From positions 1 through 64,000 of the forward strand of contig FLMG01002043.1 in the NCBI GenBank assembly GCA_900088475.1: a DNA stretch of 64,000 bases, in the 5' to 3' direction. Position 1 is the stretch's first letter, and every line of letters begins with the position of its first letter. The notes below the pieces were generated by a model. The model saw only the letters and a list, made by a program, of their open reading frames with translations, made no database searches and was not told where the DNA came from. The stretch comes from Hyphochytrium catenoides (taxonomy: Eukaryota; Protista; Hyphochytriomycota). A program made the position numbers and the translations under genes. Positions 14,201 through 25,833 of the stretch are shown piece after piece.

Positions 14201-15022
14201 TAAAAATTCAGCTGGAGCCATCAGCAGGTACTAATAGTGCTTAGCGGTGTAGCGACAGGCTAAAGAGCCAGCCCCGCTGTAGAGTTATGAGAGAGAGAAC
14301 GTGTCGAAGAGTTCGTCAAAAAAAGTATCAGATCCATGAGAAGCGTCAGACCTCATTCAGATGCAAAAGGCAGCTGGCCACCTTCACAAAGGCCCTTTCC
14401 TTGGGCCCTGAGATCTCAACCTTAGAGCTCTCAAGCTTACAAGAAGAAAAGAGAGACGTCAGAAGCACTTTTCGCTCCCCTTCGCAGGCTATCCTTTCTT
14501 TCTTCCTCTCAGAAATCATCCCCATACTCTCACATTCTCTCCCACATCCCTACCTCTTCCCTTTCTTCCCGTCGAGAAGCTCCTCTCTTTGCTCGTCTCC
14601 CCTTTCAACGCCGTCTTTCTTCCTCCGCTCCTATGCCCTCAAGAGTCACAGTTTACCTTATGGATCCGAGGCACCTGTTCCCCGTCAAGGACCTTTCTTG
14701 CAGCCTCAGAAGGCGCTTCGTAGAAGCTTAGAAAGTGCTTCAGCCTACCGGAGGGATCTAAAGAACGACAAACTTCAGTAAAGCAGAGCTACTCAGTCCC
14801 ACCCAGGGAGTCACCTAACCCGCGATACTTTCGTCTCTTGAGCCTTCATAACCCCGTGTTGTCTATCTCCCTCTCTTCGGCCAAATAACGTTCGAATGTC
14901 CGGTGTATCAATAGCTTACCACGGCGCAGCAAGTTGAAGAACTCTGCAGCGTCAGGCAGCAAGTCAGGAGTTCGCCTAAGGAGGGCCAGAATCACGCTGG
15001 AGGGCAATGAGAGCTCCTCCAT
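2273..15022 (-). CDS. NUP188: Nucleoporin Nup188-like scaffold protein, multi-exon, with inserted SAM and EF-hand-like modules
   Basis: Spliced exons give collinear Nup188 motifs: LSFYEAPSEAARKV (~14.7 kb; cf. LSYYKPPS), KVASCLLHLNE|IQTFQLF (intron 14157-14351), DYYYGERRALVELV...HPY (cf. DYYYEERTCILR...HPY), LPRGTRG...QWEYSLSAW (cf. IPQGTVG...RWEYSYSSW), EIHTGNYEG, and SHDSWRY...QRWKIG. Probable start MEELSLPSS at 15022, followed by a GTAAGC donor. The last exon reads ...EAVFGELLRCVQRL with TGA at 2275-2273. Exon boundaries in the 3' half are not all resolved. Confidence 0.88.
10190..10270. repeat. Intronic (AG/CT) microsatellite within the Nup188-like gene
   Basis: gagagagagacagagagtgta-type repeats; the track ORF reads through them as LSLSLSL, which is probably intron. 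Confidence 0.75.
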
Positions 15023-15550
15023 ACTGTCTGGTCGGCTCACAATCGTGAGTGCGATGCTCTGACGACCCCTTGTCACCCTTTAGGTCATCACGGAGGGACC
15101 CTGGACCATTGCTTTTCACCAATCTGCAGCACGCAACTGCCCCAGCACCGGCGACAAAGACGATGACTTTCCCTTTTTTGGAGAAGTTCTTGACTTTCAC
15201 TCAGTTGTGCTAAGGAAGGACAGAAGTTGTGCTAAGGATGGATGCACCTCTGGCTGGCAATTGCCTTTAGAGACCAGAGCTCCATCCGCCGCGAGCTGGG
15301 ATAGCACCACCGGCCAAAGAAGAAAGCTTCAGATGAAGGATCGAAGACGCGATGCGAAGGAAGGTGTTTTTGATGGTTTGGATTCGTAGCTGTGCCGTGT
15401 ATCAGCGGCCAGATCCTGTGAATGATAACTTGATATTGTGATTCACCCTCTTGACATCAAGGAGATTATCATCCTCAGTGATCAGGGATCATTGTAGAGT
15501 CTCAGCTACCAACCCATGGGGATTACATCGCTCTTGCCCAGTAGGAACTA

Positions 15551-15865
15551 GGAGCTCGTCTGCGTAAAAAAAGTGGGCACATTTCCAATTTGCCAATGTT
15601 AGGCTTTTCCTGTATTAAGGGCTATACTGACCTCCCTAAAATGTGGGCATCGAATGTGCTATGGGACATTACTGTATACGTCTAACCTGTAGATAATAAC
15701 AGGGACATATCCGACCGTATATATGACAGCGTTTAGCTCAATGCCCACTTAGTCATGCACATCCCCTACATTTAATCAATGACTTCTGGGCAGCGAACTC
15801 AAAGTGGGACAATTAAATTGGAAGATTTTTGCTTGTTTTCGTTCAAACTTACGTAGACGCGCTCC
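15551..15865. mobile_element. Putative MITE (non-autonomous TIR element, ~315 bp)
   Basis: Left end GGAGCTCGTCTGCGTAA (15551-15567) and right end TTACGTAGACGCGCTCC (15849-15865) are 15/17 inverted matches flanked by TA (or CTAG). The interior is AT-rich, non-coding, and repeats GTGGGCA/GGGACA motifs in both orientations. Confidence 0.75.
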
Positions 15866-17369
15866 TAGTCCTCATGATGTAGATCTATCCTAAGCATCGG
15901 ATCTGAAGTTTGTTCCTCAACAACCATCATCAGTAGTCCTCATCATGATGTCTCAGCATGAGTGCTGCGGTTCGTAGTATCTTGCTTGGGGAGGATCCTA
16001 CATCGTCGGGATGCCCGACTGGTGGTAGCGCTTGATCTCTGCTGGATTGACCGAAGCTATGGCAGTGTTTCAAGCGCTAGACACCTGCTTGTCAGCCCCC
16101 TATCTATAAAAAATGAAGGTTCCATCTTTAGGAAGGCCTCCGACGCCCGCCCAGAACCTAACTCCTCCTGCTGCTTGGCGAATAGTACTTGGGGGCACTA
16201 TTCCCTCTACTTCACTCAGAAATTGCTGGTTAATTGCTGTAAGGAGGAGAAGGGGCTCCGACAATGATGGTCTCGGTGGAGGTTGAGTCCGTGTTGAGGA
16301 GGTGACTGGGCTGGCCGCGTGTTCGTGATTTAGGCTTCCTCCGCCCGTACCTGGAAGGTAGAGGATCTCGCGGGCGGCTTATCTCTCGTCATGGCTGGGC
16401 TAGCCATTAGTCCATGATCCAAGCTTGCTCCGCCCTCGAAGAGGTAGAAGGGGCGGGCGAATGCCATCGTGGAGTGGTGTGAGAAGTATGGGCCCCTTTT
16501 TTTCACGGGAATCGTAACCAAGTATGAGAGCTCGTACGACGACGACGGGGTTGACCGTGGGCAGTCTTGCTTGACGTGGACGGCGTCCGCGAGAACCCAG
16601 CTGGTGCTCTCTTGCTCTAGCTTAGGAGGGGTTAGCCCAGCACTTTCCGAATCTTCTTGAAATATGGCCAGCTCCTACCAGCTCCTTTATTGCCAAGAGA
16701 ACCAATAATACCCCTAGATGCACCAACAACGAACGCTCATGGGATGGCCGGATCGATGATCAAGACGTTAAATATGAAAGCAACAGAATATTGTGCTCTA
16801 GAGAGAACAGCAACCTTTTTCTATGTGCCTGGAGACCATGGTACAAGATGAAGTCGACTAAGAATAACAGCTGTGCATTGCTCATAATGAGTATCAGTAG
16901 TAGAAGAGAGCACAAGTATCTAGCCATCAAGGCCATAATTATTTTCTGTTTGTTGTTATCCAGAGAGACTTGTCGGCAACTCCTTCCCCCAGTGCAGAGG
17001 TCTCCGTGTCTGGCCCATAATAACGCATCTCAGCGTGAGAGAAGAGAAGTTGTCAAGTTTTTCATCAGGAAGGACCTAACAACAACCATTGCTTCCTAAA
17101 AAGGCGATATAGCACGACAGACTCAGAGCCTTTCAAACGCGGACCAATGCGGACGATTGTGAAGTGTTGGGAAATACTTCCTAGGAGAGGAAGGAGCAGG
17201 AAAGGACAAGGCATGAAGGACGAAAGATAAATAAGGTATAAATTATACTGGTTATACAAGCTGCTGATAGCCTTGTCGACCCACACTACTGCTAGGGGAT
17301 TGGCCTTCCCTTACGGCATTTGATCCCGTTTCCCTATTCTCCCAGCAGAATATTATCAGCAAAGTGCGT

Positions 17370-18353
17370 TTATGCCAAGGCTAGGTAGTAGGCACTAAAG
17401 GATACTGAGAGTAGAGTAAACGTACTGGTGAGGGATATAAAAGAAGTCCCTGAAGAAGCCTCTGCGGTACCGATCTTGCCGCCCACAACAGAAGGGGCAG
17501 TGGTGCGAACTGAAGGCTGATCCTGCTGCTCCCCAGAGGTAGTGGGCGTCACAGTGGTGGTAACAGGGACAGTAGTAGGGGCAGCAGTAGTAAGAGGAGG
17601 AGGCGTTGTGGTTGGAGCAGCGGTGGTAGGAAAGATAGCGTTCTTATCAGGAGTGCCTGTGAACCAGCTGCCATCGCCTAGACACTCAGCAACGGTGGCG
17701 AATGTTGCACCACGGCTCTTGAGGAAGTTGGTAACCTCGCCAAGGATGTCAATCGAAGGTTGATAGGTCTCATGCATAAGTGCGATCAATCCCTCCGGCA
17801 GCTGTGGCTGCGCCGCAAGGAAACCCTTGTACGCCTCCATTGTCGTAGCGGCACTCTTCCCAGGCTGCCAGTCATGAGTGTCCATATTCCAGTTGATAAC
17901 TTTCACACCGCCGTCTGCCAGGGGTTGCAGCTCATGCGGAGTGTTACAGTTGCCGTACGGGCAGCGAAAGTATGTTGGAGCAATGCCAAGGATCTTCTTA
18001 AACTCCGCATTGGTCTGTTGCACTTCTTCCTGTAAGATTTGATTGTAGCTAAGAGTGGGAAGCTGCTCATGATTGTAAGAATGGGAGGCCAGCTGATGGC
18101 CCTCTCTGAAAGCACGTTTGACAGCATCAGAATATTGCTGTAGATTTTTTCCTAACCAGAAGAAAGTGAGGGGTATGTTCAGCTTCTTAGCTTGGTCAAG
18201 AAGCTCTTCCGTGTTTTCTGAAGGTCCATCATCATATGTGAGTGCGACAACACCCGGCTTCTGGCAATGGTAGATTTGGGAGAGCCCCTGGGTTGGCACC
18301 GCTAGTTCCGTGCTCAAAAGAAGTGCGGCCAGGCCCAGAACGCTTGGCAGCAT
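17370..18353 (-). CDS. Secreted, probably GPI-anchored polysaccharide (chitin) deacetylase, CE4/NodB family; intronless
   Basis: Signal peptide; all five CE4 motifs (TYDDGP, HSYNH, RCPYG, DTHDW, LMHE); fungal-CDA-like ends CQKPGVVALTYDDGP and TVAECLGD; Thr/Pro-rich stalk; hydrophobic C-terminal tail after ASSG. Confidence 0.95.
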   Translation of the reverse strand: MLPSVLGLAALLLSTELAVPTQGLSQIYHCQKPGVVALTYDDGPSENTEELLDQAKKLNIPLTFFWLGKNLQQYSDAVKRAFREGHQLASHSYNHEQLPTLSYNQILQEEVQQTNAEFKKILGIAPTYFRCPYGNCNTPHELQPLADGGVKVINWNMDTHDWQPGKSAATTMEAYKGFLAAQPQLPEGLIALMHETYQPSIDILGEVTNFLKSRGATFATVAECLGDGSWFTGTPDKNAIFPTTAAPTTTPPPLTTAAPTTVPVTTTVTPTTSGEQQDQPSVRTTAPSVVGGKIGTAEASSGTSFISLTSTFTLLSVSFSAYYLALA

Positions 18354-21321
18354 GGTGATAGATATTGTTGGCGTCGAATCCTAGGACAATAGTTGGGCTT
18401 AAGGCCAGGATTGAGGCTTGTAGTAGCTGGCGGGCGTGTCTCCGTGTCGTGTGTCTCACGAAGCAGCAAGTCTCAAACTGATGATGATGGAATCTAAGGA
18501 CGTAGCCAAGACAATCCACTCACTGTTGGGTCAAACGAAAAAGAACGAGCAGCGTCGCGCCCAAAAGGACACCAAAAGGCAGATTCCATGCGAGGGAAGA
18601 TGACTGCTTCTTCACCTCAATATTTGGTGGTCATCATCTGTGGAGGAACGGTGATAAAGAGGGAAGGGAGGGGCGCAGCGGAGACCTAACATTTTGGCGG
18701 GCTTCTTTGCTTTGTGAATAAAATTTTGGTCCAGCAGCCTCATCGTCTGCTAGGAGGAAAGGGCGGCATCAAGAGGGCAGGGGGAAAAACAGTTACAGAA
18801 AGACAGGAGACAGAACAGGAGGGCCACAAAAGCCAAGAGGAGTGAGGATGCTACTGGAGAGAGAGATAAACAGGGGTGACGGTATATAACTGAGGACTTT
18901 CGTACATGAGACAAAGAAAGTTGGGAGCGGAGGGCTTTCCCGCTTAATGTCCACCCTCCCTCCTGAGAATCTGAGCCTTTAGAGCCAATCTTGCTTCCGG
19001 CTCTCTGCTATAATAATGTTAGACCTTTGTAGCACAAGTGTCAGCCATCAAGGCTCCTGAAGTATCTTCTAACCTTATGAGGAAAGACCAGCCTGAACCT
19101 TCATTTGTAGCATTATTTTGAATAGCTGGGTTGTGCATTTGCATCGATTATAGGGAGAAAGAAATAAGGATTCGGCATAAAGGTTTCTTTTATTCTGGGA
19201 TGGAGCTGAAAATAGGTACAGTAGGTTCTTTGTCTGGAAGGAAGAACTCCTTATGGAGAGTTAGTAGTTCTAGAGTAGGCAAAGGTAGGCCAGCAGCTGT
19301 TGTTGTCAGATGATGGCGGTGAGCGGGTGACTAAGTCCTTCAACCCTAAGCTAATAAGAGCAAGGATTGAGCTACAACAGATAGGGATCAGGGACCACCT
19401 TCCTTGGTAATAACAAATCAAAAAGACCCATGCTGCTTTGTGTGTCATAGTCTTAGACGGGTAGGAGACAGCCCACCAGCTAACCTTGACTGTGCTCATA
19501 GCCTGTGGTCAGAATATGGACCATCCTGGGAAGACTGCTGCTCATACTTTATTACCTGCTGTTGGTGATGTATGTACAACCGCTATCCTTACCACAAGTA
19601 CAGTACTCTGTCTCTGATGGCTCTTGGGTGGGACCTTTGAATGTGCCATCGGCGTGGTATATAGGGCATCGACAGACATCCCCCAAGACCTACCAAGCGT
19701 TTACCTTCGCATGAGTTGGTATGACCCGCGGCTACCCCGAGGGACCGAGGCTTGGTACTCTGGATATCTTCATGCCAGGTAAGACAATCAGACCAATAAC
19801 AGGATGACAGGGCTTGTGAACTCAGCAGTCAGTAGCACTCATAATACCCTAAGACTGAAGACAGAAGATCTAATCTCCGCAAGCCTGCCAAAACCTCAGC
19901 AACAGAGCTCGCTATTGAACGAAGCGATCTAAGTTAGTGGGCGCCATTGCACTCTTGCCACCTTCATTCGAGCTGTCGTCTGTCCAAGCAGCTTTTTATA
20001 CCGCTTCCTGCTCTAGAGGAATGTGTATAATGAAGAGGAGGACGACCGAGACGGACAGGTAACAGTTGAAATAGCAGGAAACACGGAACCAAAGAGTGGA
20101 AAGCTGAAATCTGTGAGTGTGTGGGGAGGATGAAGGAAGAGGTCGACGGTGACGCCTTTAAGGCCGCACCACACCGTCCTGGTCAGAGTTAAGAGGCGGA
20201 AACATTCTACTCGTGACGCAGGAGGAAGGAAACACCACGCTCGCTAGTGGCAATCTTCATCGTCTGCCGATTCCTTTCCGCTGCCTGATGTAGATAGAAG
20301 AACTCAAGTGATCTGGAACTCCAGTTCGCTGAGCTTCTCTCTTTATTAACATCGCCATCAGATGTTGGCTGTTCTTGTTCTTCAGGTGTTGACAGGGATG
20401 GTCGGTGCTACATAGGTCCAGCGCTCGTGCCCCGCGCGTCGTCGCTCTAGTCTAGGTGCTGTTGCCATAGAAATGTTGCTCCTTCAATAAGGTGGGCCAT
20501 GAAACCCGGGCCTAATGATGATGTTACACCAGAGCTATCTTCTCTTCCGGGCGTAGACAGAGGAAGGCTTCTCCGGTCGCTAATAAGAGGAGCCCACTGG
20601 GAAGGGAAGGAGCATGCAAGGAAGAAGCCCTACTACTGATGACAAGAGCAAAGACAAGGGAGCGACTAGTGCGGCTTTGGGTAGGCTGCGAAGCAACCAC
20701 CTCCTTGTTCATGAGCATTAGCAGTAAAGTCTATGTGGCCTTTACCTTGCTTCTTCTGGTTGCAGTTCTAATTTTGCCAAGGAACTCCCACGACGCGAGA
20801 CTCTTCTTTCATCTCTCTAATAACACTTCCTCTATCGTGGTGTTATCCAGTAGCAGAACGAATATCTATAATCTTATACAATGGACCATCTTCTTCCCGT
20901 CCACGTCTTTTATGTTTCCTGCCATCGAACAGACAAGGGATGCTTGCTAGAGTCTTCGTCCCATTCCGTTGTCTGCCACCTAATACATTTTGTTCATCCG
21001 GGCTCACTTCCTAGCCCGGATGGAGAGTCCTTGCTTGCAAAACTCTTTCCAACGGCGCTTTCATCTGTGTCCAGAGAAGCTTTCCTCTATCTGTCGCCTC
21101 TTTCCAACAGACGGAGAGACGAGTGCGCTCGCTTAGGACAATCTTGAGGAGGAGTAACGCATGATGAAGAGACACTGCTAAAGAAGGCCGCAGCGCCTAA
21201 GGAAGCATGCCCAACTCGAGAGAGAATTCTTTCTCCGGGTAGGCAGCGAGAGAAAGTCTTGGAAGGAAGTTCTTTCTCCACTTCTCCTCTACTACCTCTT
21301 GGATACACCTCTACCATCTCC

Positions 21322-23133
21322 TCATCCTGGTGGAGTCCTGTTATTCTTCGCGAGTGAGGAGGTCTGGAAGGCGATGGAAGTGGGAGAAGCAGGGGCAGGA
21401 GGAGGAAAGGAAGGGAGAGAGCTGACGATTGTGCTAGTAGGCACAACTACTGATGACGATGACGGCTTCCAGTGGCCTCCTCCTGCCTGACCACGTTGCT
21501 TCGTCTGCCTGGCATCACCTCGAGATCTGCCTTCCTCCCCTTCGTCTCCCGTTACAGCGTTCTTTCGTTCTTCTCCGTCGTCCAACATTTCTTCCAGAAG
21601 CCTCACTCTTTCCTTTATAAAGACACAGTCCCTGGGATGCCTGTAAGCCGTTATAATAACCTTAGCCATTAGCACCAGCACCGTCAACCCGCGATGAATG
21701 CAAAAGTCAAAGAGAGAGAAACTCCATCGGAGAGTTAAGCCATAGTTGATGTTGGACTCCAGCTTGACCAGTCCTTTGGCCAAATCTAGACGATAATAGC
21801 AGACGTCCTTTGGGATACGCAGCTGCAGCACTGCCACTACCGCCAGAGACCAGAGGAAGAACACTGCCATCGTTATTCGTAGGCGTTTCCTTATGGACAC
21901 CGGGCTGCTGTCATACAGCAGGAAAGTGACTGCGAGGAAGAAAAAAATCGCGAGACAGAGTACGCCCACCACTGAAGAGAAGCACAGAGATGCCCAGAGC
22001 GACAGAGAGAAGAACGCTGCCTCGGTGAGGAGAAAGAGCGTCTCAAACATGAAAAACGTCCGCTGCAGAAGAGCAAAATTCATAAGTGACGTGCTCTGGA
22101 GGGCCATATAACTGATGGAGAAGACATAGACAAAGGCATAGAGAAAGCGTTGTACTTGTTCGCCCATCACGTCTAGGAGAGAGAGCCAGAAGCCTGTACA
22201 TCCTAAGCTGACAACCAGCCAGTTGGAGAAAGTGATAACCTTTCTTCTCTTGTACCACCAGAGAGAGAAAGGACCGCCAAAGAGACGGGTCATAACGGTT
22301 AAATGACTCTCTTCAGGGCTAAGCGGCCAATAAGGTGTCACCGCGACCAGTGCGCGGTGCTTTCTCACTTTTCTTCCTTTCTCTCCTTCGCCTGCCTCTC
22401 TTCTTGCCTTCTCTACGAGCTCTGGAAAGGATGGGCCTGGCAGTACCTTCTTCTCATCATTATCGTCTCTTGCCTGCTTTGCCTCCTTGTGTTTATAGTT
22501 GTTGTCAGCGCTCTCTTTGTCTCTCTTTCTCAATAGATAATCGTCCTTCTCGGCAAGGCCGACCGGAAGAAACATCGATGAGGGAGAGAAAGGAGGCGAG
22601 GAAGGAAGAAATGATGGAGGTGGACAAAAGGAAGTGGCCGGGGCCAGGGAGAGAGAGAGAGGGTGACAGCAAGATGGACACAAAGAAGCGGACGGAGTAG
22701 TAGAAGAGGGAGACGCACCAGTGAGGGACAAGAGAGAGCCACTAGAGTAAGAAGGCGGCAACAGACCCGGTGACCGTGGACAGAGAGGCTTCAGAGGATT
22801 AGACGGCCTGATGGAAAAAGCACTCCGTGTCTTCCGCTCCACTTCTTCTCTCTCCTCTCCCTCTCTTTTATCCAAGTCATCCTCCCGCAAGAACCGCTCA
22901 ATTTCCTCTTTGACTCTCAGGAGCTCTTTCCTTGCCTCTCTCGCCGAGGAAGACAGATACACATCATGGCTTTCCTGGCTGTTTACGCTGGTCAGCGTTG
23001 TTCGCCGTCTTTCTTCCTTACGGTCTTGGTCGCGCTTATTCCTCTGTTCTTTCAGTCGCTGCAACAAGGGAGACGAAAGGGTCTGAATCTCCTTAGCTCC
23101 AAGAGATCCTGGAGGGGGAGACGACAGAGGCAT
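21322..23133 (-). CDS. Uncharacterised multi-pass membrane protein with a low-complexity/coiled N-terminus
   Basis: 603-aa ATG-initiated ORF. About 6-7 hydrophobic segments lie between WLVVSLGCTGFWLSLL and GLTVLVLMAKVII, followed by YRHPRDCVFIK. The N-terminal half is Ser/Pro- and Glu/Arg-rich. Confidence 0.8.
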   Translation of the reverse strand: MPLSSPPPGSLGAKEIQTLSSPLLQRLKEQRNKRDQDRKEERRRTTLTSVNSQESHDVYLSSSAREARKELLRVKEEIERFLREDDLDKREGEEREEVERKTRSAFSIRPSNPLKPLCPRSPGLLPPSYSSGSLLSLTGASPSSTTPSASLCPSCCHPLSLSLAPATSFCPPPSFLPSSPPFSPSSMFLPVGLAEKDDYLLRKRDKESADNNYKHKEAKQARDDNDEKKVLPGPSFPELVEKARREAGEGEKGRKVRKHRALVAVTPYWPLSPEESHLTVMTRLFGGPFSLWWYKRRKVITFSNWLVVSLGCTGFWLSLLDVMGEQVQRFLYAFVYVFSISYMALQSTSLMNFALLQRTFFMFETLFLLTEAAFFSLSLWASLCFSSVVGVLCLAIFFFLAVTFLLYDSSPVSIRKRLRITMAVFFLWSLAVVAVLQLRIPKDVCYYRLDLAKGLVKLESNINYGLTLRWSFSLFDFCIHRGLTVLVLMAKVIITAYRHPRDCVFIKERVRLLEEMLDDGEERKNAVTGDEGEEGRSRGDARQTKQRGQAGGGHWKPSSSSVVVPTSTIVSSLPSFPPPAPASPTSIAFQTSSLAKNNRTPPG

Positions 23134-24269
23134 CTCTCCCTCCCTCTCCTCTGAGGCACTCTTTCTTCCTTACAGCCTCGCTTAGCTACCACTGTCGCCC
23201 TTTAGAGTGAAGGGCACCTTTCCCACATGCTAACGAAGGCATGAGACTAAAGAAGAAAGAAAGAAGAAAGAGATCGAACAGCCAGTCTATTTTCAAAGAC
23301 CGGAAGAGCTCTTCTTGTACGAGGTAGAGACAGCGAAGGAGGCAGATTGGAACAGAGAGTGGGAACGCAAAAAGGTGATGCTCCGGCTGCGACGACACAA
23401 TCGGGACAACGGGGCCATCCCACTACAGGAATAGCAGCGGAGTATCGAGAGGATTATGGAGCAGCAGAAGTACGAGGGCGGGGCGCGCCTGTCTTCTCCC
23501 GGCCAGCCTTTACCCGGCACTGGCACATCCTCCTGCCACCGCTGACGAGCAGAGGGGAGAGCAGCAGCAGCGGAACGAAAAGAAAAGCGGAGAGGTGGTT
23601 GAGAGGAGAGAGCTAGGAGAGAGTGGAGCGGCAGTGGATGGCCTGTGAAGGTGCAAAGAAGCACAGGGGAGGCAAAGGAGGAGATAGAGAGAAGTTGTTG
23701 AACAAGAGGCAGGATTGGAACTTAGAGAGAGAGAGAGGGAGAGGGGACTGTGGAGAGGAATACAAGGAGAGAAGGAAGAGGAACTCGAAGCTCTACTGGC
23801 CGCCAGATTATTGAGAGCTTGTTGCAGCCTGGCTGGCTTTAACTCTTGCAGAAGCCATGCTATGGATTTTGAGGACAACGTGCCACCGTCTCTTTATTAA
23901 CAATGCTGCTTTGGTCTTTCCTCTGTCTCCTTATTCTTCCCCTTTGATGATCAGACAGCTAGGGACCAAAGAAGATAGATTGATGGAATGTGAGAGTTAA
24001 GAGCCCATCACCCTCTCTCTCTCTTCCCTGTGGCTCAGGGGTTAGCTCGCAACCTTGGCCCTCCCTCGTCTGTCTTCTTCCCCCCCCAGCGGACCTTCTC
24101 TCGTTTGCCCTTCCCTCCTCCCTCCCCTTCTTACTAGACAGAACCATCAGGTGGTAAAACGTAAGCAACCTCTTCCGCTCTCTCTCACTATATCTCCTTT
24201 CCTGTCTCCCAGTCCCTTGTGTCGCCATCCTATCCTTTCGCTTTCCCTCTGACCCAACTCCCATCATGC

Positions 24270-24358
24270 CTCTCTCCTTCTCTCCCTCTCCTCCCTCTCT
24301 TCTCTCTCTCTCTCTCTCTCTCTCNNNNNNNNNNNNNNNNNNNNNNNNNNNNNNNNNN
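24270..24358. repeat. (CT)n microsatellite running into an assembly gap (N 24325-24358)
   Basis: Directly visible. Confidence 0.95.
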
Positions 24359-25029
24359 AGGCTCAAGCTGTCGTCGCCTGCACTGCTCCCCGCTACCCTG
24401 ACACACAGACCGCACCCAAAACTCCGTATTCCTGTGATGCAATAACTGACTTCTTTTTCAAGATATGGGTTAGGGTAAAGCGGAGTTTCATGTTGTCAAG
24501 AGTGAGATGTAACCACCACCCACCTCCTCTCAAGACCGTTACGGGCCACCACTCCTGTCGGTTGATGGTTATTCCGCAGGATCATAAGTGTTATCCAGAA
24601 TCACACTGCTTGATTCAGTATCCTCTGGCCCTTCAGCAGCCGCAGCTAAGAGCGAAGAGCTGAGAGGAAGATCCCTTGCTCTCACCATCAGCTGAATGAT
24701 GATGGAGATCCACGAGAGCGCGAAAGCTCGTACAGTATTAGAGAGGAAAGAAGAAGATCTCTCCCGCGGTGGATCTTTAGTGTGGGACTGGGAGTAGGGG
24801 ACAAGAGACCTTGCCGCCTCTTCTCTTTCTGTTGTTGCTGTGGACCCTTCTTGCTGCGGTGGACGTACTTGGTGTCTGGCTATCAATAGTCATATATGGT
24901 GCCACCCAGAGCCAAGCTGGAGCACAACTCTATGACCAAAACAGAGAATAGAGACGACTAGTCTAGTAGACGCTGTCCAGAGCATAAGGGGCTTCTAGAC
25001 GAAGAAGTCGTTAAGATTTTGACTGATAT

Positions 25030-25833
25030 GTCCGCTGAACTTCGTCCATCCCGCGTTAAAGGACAATGGATCCTTTCGGGTTGGGGCAGACGCCAGGAGG
25101 AGGGAGGAGACGAGTTCCTCCTAGCAGTAAGAGAACGTGTAGAAGAGGTCAGCGGTGACCGTTGCTAATGCTTGTTGTTGCTGTTGGTGGAACCAGCATC
25201 ATACAGCAGAGAGAGAGAACTTTCAAGATCACGATGTATACTTCTTAAGGCACGGCGTGTGCGGTAAAGATCTCGCCTGTATCCGATGGCGAAGAGGTTG
25301 AGCGGATTGAAGGAACGCCGCCTTAAGACCACATCCATTGCGTTCCTTCAAGGAGTAGGCCACGCCTTTTTGATGATGGCACCAGGAGGCCTAACAAAGA
25401 AGACAAGCAACCATAGAGAAGTTGCTTACGTTGTCATCAGACGTGGGCCTGAACCTGCTAGAGTGCGATTTACCACATGCAGCCGCCTATTGTCTCAAAC
25501 AGTATGAGGAGATACTATTGCACCGACGTCGTGATAAGTGGGTCGCAGGAGAGAACTATTTCGTGACGGCGGTGCCAATGTACAAGGTCCAAACTAGAGA
25601 CTCAGTAGGTTGAGAAGACGACGGTAGAGCTCCAAGGCGACCTTATCAAACAACTGGCAGTAGCAGCGCAGCGACTGGCCCATGCGCTGGGGTCGTCGGA
25701 TCCTGATGTACTGCCTTCCAACACCAGTCATGACGAGTCGTGACCAGAAGATATCAATTGCGGTTCTACTATCGACGCTCTTCTTGAGATCTTCTTCCCG
25801 TTGGCCGAGGGTGCTGCTGTCTTGAAGCCCTAG
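25030..25833 (+). pseudogene. Probable decayed coding sequence of unknown family
   Basis: Protein-like helical text is interrupted by stops and a frame change: ...QRRQATIEKLLTLSSDVGLNLLECDLPHAAAYCLKQYEEILL..., then TVELQGDLIKQLAVAAQRLAHAL...ES*PEDINCGSTIDALLEIFFPLAEGAAVLKP*. Confidence 0.4.

Noticed and set aside
16430-16600. Tudor-like fragment FFTGIVTKYESSYDDDG
   Set aside because: Too short, with no supporting reading frame or splice structure.
19400-19800. Possible non-LTR retrotransposon zinc-knuckle/endonuclease remnant (ACGQNMDHPG)
   Set aside because: No RT motifs or consistent frame; the match is at chance level.
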